Below are positions 22,025 to 35,408 of a DNA stretch of 64,000 bases, piece by piece. The notes under the pieces were generated by a model. The model was given only the letters and a program-made list of their open reading frames with translations. It was not told the origin of the DNA and searched no databases. The number at the start of each line of letters is the position of its first letter. The first letter of the stretch is position 1. The DNA lies in assembly GCF_024502345.1 (NCBI RefSeq), contig NZ_JALDNN010000001.1; one strand, written 5' to 3'. The stretch comes from Escherichia coli. Lineage in GTDB: Bacteria > Pseudomonadota > Gammaproteobacteria > Enterobacterales > Enterobacteriaceae. The translations under genes and the position numbers were made by a program.

Positions 22025-22243
22025 TTATGGAAAACGATTGCATTCACAAAATGACGTCCTGTCAGAAGAGAAAAAGTTGACGTTAATCAATTGTTCGAGA
22101 TGATCAATACCTGTATTCGAAATTTTAAAATATTGATAAAATAAATGTTTGTTCTCCAACAAATAGCGTGAAAAAATGTGACGTGCCGCAGTATTTATCG
22201 CTGAAAATGGTTTATTTATAATAAAATTTGAGAACTTGCTCAT
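22025..22243 (-). CDS. tdcR: Threonine dehydratase operon activator TdcR (short form; the ORF is open to 22369)
   Basis: ORF track 22025..22369 (114 aa); the internal start MSKFSNFII gives 72 aa; position immediately upstream of and divergent from tdcA. Confidence 0.7.
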   Translation of the reverse strand: MSKFSNFIINKPFSAINTAARHIFSRYLLENKHLFYQYFKISNTGIDHLEQLINVNFFSSDRTSFCECNRFP

Positions 22244-22557
22244 TAAATTTAACTCAAATTTTGCCTGGTAATTATCCGGTAATTGCTTGAAATATGGTCT
22301 CAGCCCCTTTTTTGTATTAACCACATAACTAATGATGTTATCGCCATAAAATATGGTTATCCCCGTCATTTTTTTTGATAAAAATCAGGGTTTATGCTGA
22401 TTTTTATACTTTAACTTGTTGATATTTAAAGGTATTTAATTGTAATAACGATACCCTGGAAAGTAATGAAAGTTAATTTGTGAGTGGTCGCACATATCCT
22501 GTTCATTTCATTTTGATACACTTCATGCCGTCAATGAGGTAATTAACGTAGGTCGTT

Positions 22558-23496
22558 ATGAGCACTATTCTTCTTCCGAAAACGCAGCACCTGGTAGTCT
22601 TTCAGGAAGTCATTAGAAGTGGCTCTATCGGCTCGGCTGCAAAAGAATTAGGGTTAACTCAACCGGCCGTCAGTAAAATCATTAACGATATTGAAGATTA
22701 TTTTGGTGTGGAATTAGTGGTGCGGAAAAATACCGGTGTAACATTAACACCTGCCGGTCAATTGTTACTCTCCCGTTCCGAATCCATTACTCGTGAAATG
22801 AAAAATATGGTTAATGAGATAAGCGGTATGTCTTCTGAGGCGGTGGTGGAAGTCTCATTTGGTTTTCCTTCATTGATTGGTTTTACTTTTATGTCAGGGA
22901 TGATCAACAAGTTCAAAGAGGTGTTCCCGAAAGCGCAGGTTTCTATGTATGAAGCGCAACTGTCTTCGTTCTTACCGGCAATCCGCGACGGTCGACTGGA
23001 TTTTGCGATTGGTACGTTAAGTGCAGAAATGAAGCTTCAGGATTTACATGTTGAGCCGCTGTTCGAGTCCGAGTTTGTGCTGGTAGCCAGTAAGTCCCGA
23101 ACATGCACCGGCACCACCACGCTGGAGTCGTTGAAGAACGAACAGTGGGTGTTGCCACAAACCAATATGGGGTACTACAGCGAGCTTCTTACTACGTTAC
23201 AAAGAAATGGCATCAGTATTGAAAACATCGTTAAAACCGACTCAGTCGTGACAATTTATAATCTTGTTCTCAATGCTGATTTCTTAACTGTAATTCCTTG
23301 TGATATGACGTCACCTTTTGGTTCAAATCAATTTATTACTATTCCGGTTGAAGAAACATTACCTGTGGCACAATATGCCGCGGTATGGTCGAAAAATTAT
23401 CGTATTAAAAAAGCAGCATCGGTTTTGGTGGAATTAGCCAAAGAGTATTCATCTTATAATGGGTGTAGACGAAGGCAATTAATAGAAGTTGGTTAG
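22558..23496 (+). CDS. tdcA: LysR-family transcriptional activator of the tdc operon
   Basis: ORF track 312 aa; N-terminal HTH LysR pattern. Confidence 0.93.
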   Translation: MSTILLPKTQHLVVFQEVIRSGSIGSAAKELGLTQPAVSKIINDIEDYFGVELVVRKNTGVTLTPAGQLLLSRSESITREMKNMVNEISGMSSEAVVEVSFGFPSLIGFTFMSGMINKFKEVFPKAQVSMYEAQLSSFLPAIRDGRLDFAIGTLSAEMKLQDLHVEPLFESEFVLVASKSRTCTGTTTLESLKNEQWVLPQTNMGYYSELLTTLQRNGISIENIVKTDSVVTIYNLVLNADFLTVIPCDMTSPFGSNQFITIPVEETLPVAQYAAVWSKNYRIKKAASVLVELAKEYSSYNGCRRRQLIEVG

Positions 23497-23594
23497 TTAT
23501 TTGTTTTTATTTAAACATAAATAATCCACCTGTCTGTTTTGCAGGTGTCGGTTACGGTTACCTACATATTTAATTCAGGCGAAGAGGTTTTATA

Positions 23595-24584
23595 ATGCAT
23601 ATTACATACGATCTGCCGGTTGCTATTGATGACATTATTGAAGCGAAACAACGACTGGCTGGGCGAATTTATAAAACAGGCATGCCTCGCTCAAACTATT
23701 TTAGTGAACGTTGCAAAGGTGAAATATTCCTGAAGTTTGAAAATATGCAGCGTACGGGTTCATTTAAAATTCGTGGCGCATTTAATAAATTAAGTTCACT
23801 GACTGATGCGGAAAAACGTAAAGGTGTAGTGGCCTGTTCTGCGGGCAACCATGCGCAAGGGGTTTCGCTCTCCTGCGCGATGCTGGGTATCGACGGTAAA
23901 GTGGTGATGCCAAAAGGTGCGCCAAAATCCAAAGTAGCGGCAACGTGCGACTACTCCGCAGAAGTCGTTCTGCATGGTGATAATTTCAACGACACTATCG
24001 CTAAAGTGAGCGAAATTGTCGAAATGGAAGGCCGTATTTTTATCCCACCTTACGATGATCCGAAAGTGATTGCTGGCCAGGGAACGATTGGTCTGGAAAT
24101 TATGGAAGATCTCTATGATGTCGATAACGTGATTGTGCCAATTGGTGGTGGCGGTTTAATTGCTGGTATTGCGGTGGCAATTAAATCTATTAACCCGACC
24201 ATTCGTGTTATTGGCGTACAGTCTGAAAACGTTCACGGCATGGCGGCTTCTTTCCACTCCGGAGAAATAACCACGCACCGAACTACCGGCACCCTGGCGG
24301 ATGGTTGTGATGTCTCCCGCCCGGGTAATTTAACTTACGAAATCGTTCGTGAATTAGTCGATGACATCGTGCTGGTCAGCGAAGACGAAATCAGAAACAG
24401 TATGATTGCCTTAATTCAGCGCAATAAAGTCGTCACCGAAGGCGCAGGCGCTCTGGCATGTGCTGCATTATTAAGCGGTAAATTAGACCAATATATTCAA
24501 AACAGAAAAACCGTCAGTATTATTTCCGGCGGCAATATCGATCTTTCTCGCGTCTCTCAAATCACCGGTTTCGTTGACGCTTAA
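23595..24584 (+). CDS. tdcB: Catabolic threonine/serine dehydratase (PLP-dependent)
   Basis: ORF track 329 aa; PLP-lysine motif SFKIRGA. Confidence 0.95.
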
Positions 24585-24602
24585 TTAATTCGTTGAGGAT
24601 AG

Positions 24603-25937
<1,335 letters not shown>

Positions 25938-25962
25938 TCCGTAACTCAGGATGAGAAAAGAG

Positions 25963-27171
25963 ATGAATGAATTTCCGGTTGTTTTGGTTATTAACTGTGG
26001 TTCGTCTTCGATTAAGTTTTCCGTGCTCGATGCCAGCGACTGTGAAGTATTAATGTCAGGTATTGCCGACGGTATTAACTCGGAAAATTCATTCTTATCC
26101 GTAAATGGGGGAGAGCCAGCACCGCTGGCTCACCACAGCTACGAAGGTGCATTGAAGGCAATTGCATTTGAACTGGAAAAACGGAATTTAAATGACAGTG
26201 TGGCCTTAATTGGCCACCGCATCGCTCACGGCGGCAGTATTTTTACCGAGTCCGCCATTATTACCGATGAAGTCATTGATAATATCCGTCGCGTTTCTCC
26301 ACTGGCACCCCTGCATAATTACGCCAATTTAAGTGGTATTGAATCGGCGCAGCAATTATTTCCGGGCGTAACTCAGGTGGCGGTATTTGATACCAGTTTC
26401 CACCAGACGATGGCTCCGGAAGCTTATTTATACGGCCTGCCGTGGAAATATTATGAAGAGTTAGGTGTACGCCGTTATGGTTTCCACGGCACGTCGCACC
26501 GCTATGTTTCCCAGCGCGCACATTCGCTGCTGAATCTGGCGGAAGATGACTCCGGCCTGGTTGTGGCGCATCTTGGCAATGGCGCGTCAATCTGCGCGGT
26601 TCGCAACGGTCAGAGTGTTGATACTTCAATGGGAATGACGCCGCTGGAAGGCTTGATGATGGGTACCCGCAGTGGCGATGTCGACTTTGGTGCGATGTCC
26701 TGGGTCGCCAGCCAAACCAACCAGAGCCTGGGTGACCTGGAACGCGTAGTGAATAAAGAGTCGGGATTATTAGGTATTTCCGGTCTTTCTTCGGATTTAC
26801 GTGTTCTGGAAAAAGCCTGGCATGAAGGTCACGAACGCGCGCAACTGGCAATTAAAACCTTTGTTCACCGAATTGCCCGTCATATTGCCGGACACGTAGC
26901 TTCATTACGTCGCCTGGATGGAATTATATTCACCGGCGGAATAGGAGAGAATTCAAGCTTAATTCGTCGTCTGGTCATGGAACATTTGGCTGTATTAGGC
27001 GTAGAGATTGATACAGAAATGAATAATCGCTCTAACTCCTGTGGTGAGCGAATTGTTTCCAGTGAAAATGCGCGTGTCATTTGTGCCGTTATTCCGACTA
27101 ACGAAGAAAAAATGATTGCTTTGGATGCCATTCATTTAGGCAAAGTTAACGCGCCCGCAGAATTTGCATAA
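25963..27171 (+). CDS. tdcD: Propionate kinase (acetate kinase family)
   Basis: ORF track frame 25951..27171; start [19 protein letters not shown]. Confidence 0.93.
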   Translation: MNEFPVVLVINCGSSSIKFSVLDASDCEVLMSGIADGINSENSFLSVNGGEPAPLAHHSYEGALKAIAFELEKRNLNDSVALIGHRIAHGGSIFTESAIITDEVIDNIRRVSPLAPLHNYANLSGIESAQQLFPGVTQVAVFDTSFHQTMAPEAYLYGLPWKYYEELGVRRYGFHGTSHRYVSQRAHSLLNLAEDDSGLVVAHLGNGASICAVRNGQSVDTSMGMTPLEGLMMGTRSGDVDFGAMSWVASQTNQSLGDLERVVNKESGLLGISGLSSDLRVLEKAWHEGHERAQLAIKTFVHRIARHIAGHVASLRRLDGIIFTGGIGENSSLIRRLVMEHLAVLGVEIDTEMNNRSNSCGERIVSSENARVICAVIPTNEEKMIALDAIHLGKVNAPAEFA

Positions 27172-27204
27172 TTTAGTTGAAGTATTGTAGAGAGATTATT
27201 TTTC

Positions 27205-29499
27205 ATGAAGGTAGATATTGATACCAGCGATAAGCTGTACGCCGACGCATGGCTTGGCTTTAAAGGTACGGACTGGAAAAACGAAATTAATGTCCGCGAT
27301 TTTATTCAACATAACTATACACCGTATGAAGGCGATGAATCTTTCCTCGCCGAAGCGACGCCTGCCACCACGGAATTGTGGGAAAAAGTAATGGAAGGCA
27401 TCCGTATCGAAAATGCAACCCACGCGCCGGTTGATTTCGATACCAATATTGCCACCACAATTACCGCTCATGATGCGGGATATATTAACCAGCCGCTGGA
27501 AAAAATTGTTGGCCTGCAAACGGATGCGCCGTTGAAACGTGCGCTACACCCGTTCGGTGGCATTAATATGATTAAAAGTTCATTCCACGCCTATGGCCGA
27601 GAAATGGACAGTGAATTTGAATATCTGTTTACCGATCTGCGTAAAACCCATAACCAGGGCGTATTTGATGTTTACTCACCGGATATGCTGCGCTGCCGTA
27701 AATCTGGCGTGCTGACCGGTTTACCAGATGGCTATGGCCGTGGGCGCATTATCGGTGACTATCGCCGCGTAGCGCTGTATGGCATCAGTTATCTGGTACG
27801 TGAACGCGAACTGCAATTTGCCGATCTCCAGTCTCGTCTGGAAAAAGGCGAGGATCTGGAAGCCACCATCCGTCTGCGTGAGGAGCTGGCAGAGCATCGT
27901 CATGCGCTGTTGCAGATTCAGGAAATGGCGGCGAAATATGGCTTTGATATCTCTCGCCCGGCGCAGAATGCGCAGGAAGCGGTGCAGTGGCTCTACTTCG
28001 CTTATCTGGCGGCAGTGAAATCGCAAAATGGCGGCGCGATGTCGCTGGGCCGCACGGCATCGTTCCTCGATATCTACATTGAGCGCGACTTTAAAGCTGG
28101 CGTACTCAATGAGCAGCAGGCACAGGAACTGATCGATCACTTCATCATGAAGATCCGTATGGTACGCTTCCTGCGTACACCGGAATTTGATTCGCTGTTC
28201 TCCGGCGACCCAATCTGGGCGACGGAAGTGATCGGCGGGATGGGGCTGGACGGTCGTACGCTGGTGACCAAAAACTCCTTCCGCTATTTGCACACCCTGC
28301 ACACTATGGGGCCGGCACCGGAACCTAACCTGACCATTCTTTGGTCGGAAGAATTACCGATTGCCTTCAAAAAATATGCCGCGCAGGTGTCGATCGTCAC
28401 CTCTTCCTTGCAGTATGAAAATGACGATCTGATGCGTACTGACTTCAACAGCGACGATTACGCGATTGCCTGCTGCGTCAGCCCAATGGTGATTGGTAAG
28501 CAAATGCAGTTCTTTGGTGCACGCGCTAACCTGGCGAAAACGCTGCTCTACGCAATTAACGGCGGGGTGGACGAGAAGCTGAAGATTCAGGTCGGGCCGA
28601 AAACAGCACCGCTGATGGACGACGTGCTGGATTACGACAAAGTGATGGACAGCCTCGATCACTTCATGGACTGGCTGGCGGTGCAGTACATCAGCGCGCT
28701 GAATATCATTCACTACATGCACGACAAGTACAGCTACGAAGCTTCGCTGATGGCGCTGCACGATCGTGATGTCTATCGCACTATGGCATGCGGCATCGCG
28801 GGCCTGTCGGTGGCGACGGACTCCCTGTCTGCCATCAAATATGCCCGCGTGAAACCAATCCGTGACGAAAACGGCCTGGCGGTGGACTTTGAAATCGACG
28901 GTGAATATCCGCAGTACGGCAACAACGACGAGCGCGTAGACAGCATTGCCTGCGACCTGGTTGAACGCTTTATGAAGAAAATTAAAGCGCTGCCAACCTA
29001 TCGCAACGCCGTCCCTACCCAGTCGATTCTGACTATCACTTCTAACGTGGTGTACGGCCAGAAAACCGGTAATACGCCGGACGGTCGTCGCGCCGGAACA
29101 CCGTTCGCGCCGGGCGCTAACCCGATGCATGGTCGTGACCGCAAAGGTGCCGTGGCCTCATTGACGTCGGTGGCGAAACTGCCGTTCACCTACGCCAAAG
29201 ATGGGATCTCGTACACCTTCTCAATCGTTCCTGCGGCGCTGGGCAAAGAAGATCCAGTACGTAAAACCAACCTTGTCGGCCTGCTGGATGGGTATTTCCA
29301 CCACGAAGCGGATGTCGAAGGCGGTCAACACCTCAACGTCAACGTAATGAATCGGGAAATGCTGCTGGATGCCATCGAGCACCCGGAAAAATATCCTAAC
29401 CTGACAATCCGTGTCTCTGGCTACGCCGTGCGCTTCAACGCACTGACCCGTGAACAGCAACAGGATGTTATTTCACGTACTTTTACCCAGGCGCTCTGA
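27205..29499 (+). CDS. tdcE: 2-ketobutyrate formate-lyase / pyruvate formate-lyase (glycyl radical enzyme)
   Basis: ORF track 764 aa; C-terminal glycyl-radical motif RVSGYAV. Confidence 0.95.
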   Translation: MKVDIDTSDKLYADAWLGFKGTDWKNEINVRDFIQHNYTPYEGDESFLAEATPATTELWEKVMEGIRIENATHAPVDFDTNIATTITAHDAGYINQPLEKIVGLQTDAPLKRALHPFGGINMIKSSFHAYGREMDSEFEYLFTDLRKTHNQGVFDVYSPDMLRCRKSGVLTGLPDGYGRGRIIGDYRRVALYGISYLVRERELQFADLQSRLEKGEDLEATIRLREELAEHRHALLQIQEMAAKYGFDISRPAQNAQEAVQWLYFAYLAAVKSQNGGAMSLGRTASFLDIYIERDFKAGVLNEQQAQELIDHFIMKIRMVRFLRTPEFDSLFSGDPIWATEVIGGMGLDGRTLVTKNSFRYLHTLHTMGPAPEPNLTILWSEELPIAFKKYAAQVSIVTSSLQYENDDLMRTDFNSDDYAIACCVSPMVIGKQMQFFGARANLAKTLLYAINGGVDEKLKIQVGPKTAPLMDDVLDYDKVMDSLDHFMDWLAVQYISALNIIHYMHDKYSYEASLMALHDRDVYRTMACGIAGLSVATDSLSAIKYARVKPIRDENGLAVDFEIDGEYPQYGNNDERVDSIACDLVERFMKKIKALPTYRNAVPTQSILTITSNVVYGQKTGNTPDGRRAGTPFAPGANPMHGRDRKGAVASLTSVAKLPFTYAKDGISYTFSIVPAALGKEDPVRKTNLVGLLDGYFHHEADVEGGQHLNVNVMNREMLLDAIEHPEKYPNLTIRVSGYAVRFNALTREQQQDVISRTFTQAL

Positions 29500-29512
29500 C
29501 GCCGGAGGATGT

Positions 29513-29902
29513 ATGAAAAAGATTATCGAAACGCAACGTGCCCCAGGCGCAATCGGCCCTTATGTTCAGGGCGTTGATTTAGGCAGCATGGTCTTCACCT
29601 CCGGGCAAATTCCGGTTTGCCCGCAGACCGGTGAGATCCCGGCTGATGTGCAAGATCAGGCGCGTTTAAGCCTCGAAAACGTCAAAGCGATCGTGGTTGC
29701 TGCCGGGCTGAGCGTGGGCGATATCATCAAGATGACCGTGTTCATCACCGATCTGAATGATTTTGCCACCATCAATGAAGTCTATAAGCAGTTCTTCGAT
29801 GAGCATCAGGCGACCTACCCGACCCGGAGCTGTGTGCAGGTTGCGCGTTTGCCGAAAGATGTGAAGCTGGAAATTGAAGCTATCGCAGTACGTAGTGCGT
29901 AA
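29513..29902 (+). CDS. tdcF: RidA-family enamine/imine deaminase
   Basis: ORF track frame 29450..29902; start MKKIIETQRAPGAIGPY gives 129 aa. Confidence 0.92.
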   Translation: MKKIIETQRAPGAIGPYVQGVDLGSMVFTSGQIPVCPQTGEIPADVQDQARLSLENVKAIVVAAGLSVGDIIKMTVFITDLNDFATINEVYKQFFDEHQATYPTRSCVQVARLPKDVKLEIEAIAVRSA

Positions 29903-29973
29903 AGCCTCGTGAGCGGGACGGTCGCAAGGTCGTTCCGCTCCACTTCACTGAACGGCAATCCGAGGGTGTGGAT

Positions 29974-31338
29974 ATGATTAGTGCATTCGATATTTTCAAA
30001 ATTGGGATTGGTCCCTCCAGTTCGCATACCGTGGGGCCAATGAATGCCGGAAAAAGTTTTATTGATCGGCTGGAAAGTAGCGGCTTATTAACCGCGACGA
30101 GCCATATTGTGGTCGATCTGTATGGGTCGTTGTCACTGACGGGCAAAGGCCATGCCACGGATGTCGCCATTATCATGGGACTGGCAGGAAACAGTCCGCA
30201 GGATGTTGTCATTGATGAGATCCCTGCATTTATAGAGTTAGTAACGCGCAGCGGGCGGCTGCCAGTGGCATCTGGTGCGCATATTGTTGATTTTCCTGTA
30301 GCAAAGAACATTATCTTCCATCCCGAAATGTTGCCTCGCCATGAGAACGGAATGCGGATCACTGCCTGGAAGGGACAGGAAGCGCTATTAAGTAAAACCT
30401 ATTACTCTGTCGGCGGCGGGTTTATTGTCGAAGAAGAACACTTCGGCCTGTCGCACGATGTCGAAACGTCCGTACCTTACGATTTCCACTCAGCAGGTGA
30501 ACTGCTGAAAATGTGTGATTACAACGGCCTGTCTATTTCTGGCCTGATGATGCACAACGAGCTAGCGCTGCGCAGTAAAGCGGAAATTGACGCCGGTTTT
30601 GTCCGTATCTGGCAAGTGATGCATGACGGTATTGAACGCGGGATGAACACTGAAGGCGTGCTGCCTGGTCCGCTCAATGTGCCGCGTCGTGCCGTAGCGC
30701 TGCGTCGTCAGCTGGTTTCCAGCGATAACATCTCTAACGATCCGATGAATGTCATCGACTGGATCAACATGTACGCGCTGGCGGTTAGTGAAGAAAACGC
30801 AGCTGGCGGGCGCGTGGTAACGGCACCGACTAACGGTGCGTGCGGCATTATTCCAGCAGTGCTGGCTTATTACGATAAGTTCCGTCGTCCGGTAAACGAG
30901 CGGTCAATTGCCCGCTATTTTCTGGCAGCGGGGGCTATTGGCGCGTTGTATAAAATGAACGCCTCCATCTCTGGCGCGGAGGTCGGCTGTCAGGGGGAGA
31001 TTGGCGTGGCCTGTTCAATGGCGGCGGCAGGGTTAACTGAACTACTGGGCGGCAGTCCGGCGCAGGTATGCAATGCGGCGGAAATCGCGATGGAGCATAA
31101 CCTTGGGCTGACCTGCGATCCGGTTGCCGGACAGGTACAAATCCCGTGCATTGAACGTAATGCCATTAATGCCGTGAAAGCAGTAAACGCCGCGCGGATG
31201 GCGATGCGCCGCACCTCGGCACCGCGTGTTTCACTCGATAAAGTGATCGAGACGATGTATGAAACCGGCAAAGATATGAACGATAAATACCGCGAAACAT
31301 CACGCGGAGGACTGGCCATTAAAGTGGTCTGCGGCTGA
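29974..31338 (+). CDS. tdcG: L-serine dehydratase (iron-sulfur)
   Basis: ORF track frame 29968..31338; start [23 protein letters not shown]. Confidence 0.93.
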   Translation: MISAFDIFKIGIGPSSSHTVGPMNAGKSFIDRLESSGLLTATSHIVVDLYGSLSLTGKGHATDVAIIMGLAGNSPQDVVIDEIPAFIELVTRSGRLPVASGAHIVDFPVAKNIIFHPEMLPRHENGMRITAWKGQEALLSKTYYSVGGGFIVEEEHFGLSHDVETSVPYDFHSAGELLKMCDYNGLSISGLMMHNELALRSKAEIDAGFVRIWQVMHDGIERGMNTEGVLPGPLNVPRRAVALRRQLVSSDNISNDPMNVIDWINMYALAVSEENAAGGRVVTAPTNGACGIIPAVLAYYDKFRRPVNERSIARYFLAAGAIGALYKMNASISGAEVGCQGEIGVACSMAAAGLTELLGGSPAQVCNAAEIAMEHNLGLTCDPVAGQVQIPCIERNAINAVKAVNAARMAMRRTSAPRVSLDKVIETMYETGKDMNDKYRETSRGGLAIKVVCG

Positions 31339-31362
31339 CATTGCTGTCAGCTTTCATCCTTG

Positions 31363-31388
31363 GGTGCACAAATGTGCACCTTTTTTTT
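31363..31388 (+). terminator. Rho-independent terminator of the tdc operon
   Basis: Perfect hairpin ggtgcacaaatgtgcacc followed by T8. Confidence 0.8.
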
Positions 31389-31612
31389 GTGATCTGCCGC
31401 AAATAGAGAATGAATATTCTCTTGCGATTAATTTAGTAGAAAATTCTTATCCATCTCCGTTATTTCAAAGTCTTGATTGTGAAGATTTTCTCTGACCTCG
31501 CGCGTATCATTTCTTTATTCTAATAACTCGCCTGCAAAAACGTAGACCGCATATCGCCTTGATGCGGCTCGGAAAAAAATAATAAGCCCTACAAAATATT
31601 GAGCGAGAAATT

Positions 31613-32944
31613 ATGGAAATTGCATCGAATAAAGGCGTCATTGCAGACGCTTCGACCCCGGCGGGTCGTGCTGGAATGAGTGAGAGCGAGTGGCGAGAAG
31701 CGATCAAATTCGACAGTACTGACACCGGCTGGGTGATTATGAGTATCGGGATGGCGATTGGCGCGGGGATTGTTTTTCTCCCGGTGCAGGTCGGTTTGAT
31801 GGGATTGTGGGTATTTTTGCTCTCATCGGTGATTGGTTACCCGGCAATGTATCTGTTTCAGCGGTTGTTTATTAATACGCTGGCAGAATCACCAGAATGT
31901 AAAGATTACCCGAGTGTCATTAGCGGTTATTTAGGTAAAAACTGGGGCATCCTGTTAGGTGCGCTCTATTTCGTAATGCTGGTGATTTGGATGTTCGTCT
32001 ATTCCACCGCCATCACCAACGATAGTGCTTCCTATCTGCATACCTTCGGCGTGACGGAAGGGTTGCTGTCAGACAGTCCCTTTTATGGTCTGGTACTGAT
32101 TTGCATTCTGGTGGCGATCTCTTCACGCGGCGAGAAATTGTTATTCAAAATTTCGACCGGCATGGTGCTGACCAAGCTGCTGGTGGTCGCGGCGCTGGGC
32201 GTGTCGATGGTGGGAATGTGGCATCTGTATAACGTCGGTTCGCTACCGCCGCTGGGGCTGCTGGTGAAAAACGCCATTATTACGCTGCCGTTTACCCTGA
32301 CGTCGATTTTGTTTATCCAGACGTTAAGCCCGATGGTGATCTCTTATCGCTCGCGGGAAAAATCTATTGAAGTGGCGCGGCATAAAGCATTGCGGGCAAT
32401 GAATATCGCGTTTGGCATTTTGTTTGTCACCGTCTTTTTCTACGCAGTGTCGTTCACGCTGGCGATGGGGCATGACGAAGCGGTAAAAGCCTACGAGCAG
32501 AATATTTCCGCGCTGGCGATTGCCGCACAGTTTATTAGCGGTGACGGCGCAGCGTGGGTGAAAGTGGTCAGCGTCATTCTCAATATCTTTGCTGTCATGA
32601 CTGCATTCTTTGGCGTCTATTTAGGCTTTCGCGAAGCAACGCAAGGGATCGTAATGAACATCCTGCGTCGCAAGATGCCTGCCGAGAAGATTAACGAAAA
32701 TCTTGTTCAGCGCGGCATCATGATTTTCGCCATTTTGCTGGCCTGGAGCGCTATCGTACTGAACGCACCGGTGTTGAGCTTCACCTCTATCTGTAGCCCG
32801 ATTTTCGGCATGGTAGGGTGCCTGATCCCGGCGTGGCTGGTTTACAAAGTACCGGCATTGCACAAATACAAAGGGATGTCTCTGTACCTGATTATCGTCA
32901 CTGGTTTGTTGCTTTGTGTTTCTCCGTTCCTGGCATTTTCTTGA
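31613..32944 (+). CDS. cyuP: Putative cysteine/serine transporter (HAAAP family) CyuP/YhaO
   Basis: ORF track 443 aa; paralogous to TdcC-type transporters; upstream of cyuA. Confidence 0.88.
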   Translation: MEIASNKGVIADASTPAGRAGMSESEWREAIKFDSTDTGWVIMSIGMAIGAGIVFLPVQVGLMGLWVFLLSSVIGYPAMYLFQRLFINTLAESPECKDYPSVISGYLGKNWGILLGALYFVMLVIWMFVYSTAITNDSASYLHTFGVTEGLLSDSPFYGLVLICILVAISSRGEKLLFKISTGMVLTKLLVVAALGVSMVGMWHLYNVGSLPPLGLLVKNAIITLPFTLTSILFIQTLSPMVISYRSREKSIEVARHKALRAMNIAFGILFVTVFFYAVSFTLAMGHDEAVKAYEQNISALAIAAQFISGDGAAWVKVVSVILNIFAVMTAFFGVYLGFREATQGIVMNILRRKMPAEKINENLVQRGIMIFAILLAWSAIVLNAPVLSFTSICSPIFGMVGCLIPAWLVYKVPALHKYKGMSLYLIIVTGLLLCVSPFLAFS

Positions 32945-32971
32945 TTTACCTGAAATTTTAAGGTTTTTAAT

Positions 32972-34282
32972 ATGTTTGATTCGACTTTAAATCCGTTATG
33001 GCAGCGTTACATCCTCGCCGTTCAGGAGGAAGTAAAACCGGCGCTGGGATGTACTGAACCGATTTCACTGGCGCTGGCGGCGGCGGTTGCTGCGGCAGAA
33101 CTGGAAGGTCCGGTTGAACGTGTAGAAGCCTGGGTTTCGCCAAATCTGATGAAGAACGGTCTGGGCGTCACCGTTCCCGGCACGGGAATGGTGGGGCTGC
33201 CGATTGCGGCGGCGCTGGGGGCGTTAGGTGGAAATGCCAACGCCGGGCTGGAAGTGCTGAAAGACGCAACTGCGCAGGCAATTGCCGATGCCAAAGCACT
33301 GCTGGCGGCGGGGAAAGTCTCCGTTAAGATCCAGGAACCTTGCAATGAAATCCTCTTCTCACGCGCCAAAGTCTGGAACGGTGAGAAGTGGGCGTGTGTC
33401 ACCATCGTCGGCGGGCATACCAACATTGTGCATATTGAGACGCACAATGGTGTGGTGTTTACCCAGCAGGCGTGTGTGGCAGAGGGCGAGCAAGAGTCTC
33501 CGCTGACGGTGCTTTCCAGAACGACGCTGGCTGAGATCCTGAAGTTCGTCAATGAAGTCCCGTTTGCGGCGATCCGCTTTATTCTCGATTCCGCGAAGCT
33601 AAATTGTGCGTTATCGCAGGAAGGTTTGAGCGGTAAGTGGGGGCTGCATATTGGCGCGACGCTGGAAAAACAGTGCGAGCGCGGTTTGCTGGCGAAAGAT
33701 CTCTCTTCATCCATTGTGATTCGTACCAGCGCGGCATCCGATGCGCGTATGGGCGGCGCTACGCTTCCGGCTATGAGTAACTCCGGCTCGGGTAACCAGG
33801 GGATCACCGCAACAATGCCTGTGGTGGTTGTAGCAGAACACTTCGGAGCGGATGATGAACGACTGGCGCGTGCGCTGATGCTTTCGCATTTGAGCGCAAT
33901 TTACATCCATAACCAGTTACCGCGTTTGTCTGCGCTGTGTGCCGCAATGACCGCAGCAATGGGGGCCGCCGCCGGGATGGCATGGCTGGTGGATGGGCGT
34001 TATGAAACCATCTCGATGGCGATCAGCAGTATGATCGGCGATGTCAGCGGCATGATTTGCGATGGTGCGTCGAACAGCTGCGCGATGAAGGTTTCGACCA
34101 GTGCTTCGGCTGCGTGGAAAGCGGTGTTAATGGCGCTGGATGATACCGCCGTGACCGGCAATGAAGGGATCGTGGCGCATGATGTTGAGCAGTCGATTGC
34201 CAACCTGTGTGCGTTAGCAAGCCATTCGATGCAGCAAACGGATCGGCAGATTATCGAGATTATGGCGAGCAAGGCCAGATAA
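32972..34282 (+). CDS. cyuA: L-cysteine desulfidase CyuA/YhaM
   Basis: ORF track 436 aa; synteny with cyuP. Confidence 0.9.
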   Translation: MFDSTLNPLWQRYILAVQEEVKPALGCTEPISLALAAAVAAAELEGPVERVEAWVSPNLMKNGLGVTVPGTGMVGLPIAAALGALGGNANAGLEVLKDATAQAIADAKALLAAGKVSVKIQEPCNEILFSRAKVWNGEKWACVTIVGGHTNIVHIETHNGVVFTQQACVAEGEQESPLTVLSRTTLAEILKFVNEVPFAAIRFILDSAKLNCALSQEGLSGKWGLHIGATLEKQCERGLLAKDLSSSIVIRTSAASDARMGGATLPAMSNSGSGNQGITATMPVVVVAEHFGADDERLARALMLSHLSAIYIHNQLPRLSALCAAMTAAMGAAAGMAWLVDGRYETISMAISSMIGDVSGMICDGASNSCAMKVSTSASAAWKAVLMALDDTAVTGNEGIVAHDVEQSIANLCALASHSMQQTDRQIIEIMASKAR

Positions 34283-34303
34283 ACGCCAGGTTTTGGGTAT
34301 CGT

Positions 34304-34405
34304 GCCGGATGCGATGCTGGCGCATCTTATCCGGCCTACGGGGTGTTTAATTTGTTGATGTTGTTGTGTTTTGTAGGCCGGATAAGGCGTTTACGCCGCA
34401 TCCGG
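34304..34405. repeat. REP pair (BIME) downstream of cyuA
   Basis: gccggatgcgatgctggcgcatcttatccggcctac and inverted gtaggccggataaggcgtttacgccgcatccgg. Confidence 0.7.
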
Positions 34406-34415
34406 AAACCTGTCT

Positions 34416-34580
34416 TTACGCGATAGCTTCATCCTCGGCTAAACGCGTTTCAGCATCCGCGACGATGGCTTCCAGCTCGCTCAACATCTCTTCATAGCCA
34501 AAATTTTTGGCGGTGCGAGCAGGTTCTTTCGCCACCACGGGCTTCACTGGCTGGCGCTTTTTGGCCGATTTTTTACTCAT
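34416..34580 (-). CDS. yhaL: Small uncharacterized protein YhaL (~54 aa)
   Basis: Minus-strand ORF MSKKSAKKRQPVKPVVAKEPARTAKNFGYEEMLSELEAIVADAETRLAEDEAIA found by manual translation; too short for the ORF track; two further in-frame ATGs upstream (to 34586). Confidence 0.6.
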   Translation of the reverse strand: MSKKSAKKRQPVKPVVAKEPARTAKNFGYEEMLSELEAIVADAETRLAEDEAIA

Positions 34581-34602
34581 CATCATCTCCCTGTAAAAAC
34601 AA

Positions 34603-35304
34603 CTAGACAGGCAAATCTATCAGCAAAGCGCGCAGTGGGGAATCGGCAACCAGCGTAATGTTAGCCTCGTCACGAATAAACGCCCCATCACCGCAGGTCA
34701 GCGCCGCTTTCTCTTCATGATGCGTAAGCGCATGAAATTTCCCGTGAATCGATTGCAAATACGCGCGTGGCCCATGCAACTGGAAATTCGCACTTTCGTC
34801 TTTGTCGAGCACGATATGGTGCAGCCACACTTGCTGGCGTAATTGCAGGCTTCCCATCGTACCCTCTGGCGAGGCGATTAATTGCTGCTTGCCCATATTA
34901 AGCGCCAGTTTTTGAATCAGCGGATTCTCTCGCTGCGGGCAGGCGTCCAGCCAAAGCTGCATTCGTGTTAACGGTTTGTCTTTGCTGAGATTGTGTTCGC
35001 TGTAGCTGACACCCGGCTGGGTAGAGAGCAGCAACGCCTCACCGGCGCTGGCCTGAACATGATTGCCTTCGCTGTCGCGATACTCTGCTTCTCCATCCAG
35101 AATCACATTTAAAATATCGACTTTGGGATAGGTTCGCGGCTGAAAGGCGGCACCTGGGGCCAGCACTTCCTGGTTAAGCACACGCAGGGAGGCATAGCCT
35201 AACAATTTCGGGTCGAAGTAGTGTCCAAAGGAAAAAGTATACCGGGCCTGCAACCATCCGTAGTCTGCTTGTCCACACTGCCTGGCAGTTCGGGTAGTAA
35301 TCAT
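34603..35304 (-). CDS. yhaK: Pirin-like bicupin protein YhaK
   Basis: ORF track 233 aa. Confidence 0.9.
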   Translation of the reverse strand: MITTRTARQCGQADYGWLQARYTFSFGHYFDPKLLGYASLRVLNQEVLAPGAAFQPRTYPKVDILNVILDGEAEYRDSEGNHVQASAGEALLLSTQPGVSYSEHNLSKDKPLTRMQLWLDACPQRENPLIQKLALNMGKQQLIASPEGTMGSLQLRQQVWLHHIVLDKDESANFQLHGPRAYLQSIHGKFHALTHHEEKAALTCGDGAFIRDEANITLVADSPLRALLIDLPV

Positions 35305-35408
35305 AATTCTTGACCTCTCTTTACTTCCTTTTATGGTAAGGGGCTGGACGCTACATTGTTAGCCAGATATTCTGCCCGGTATGTTCAAATTTCCTGAATG
35401 AGAACGAA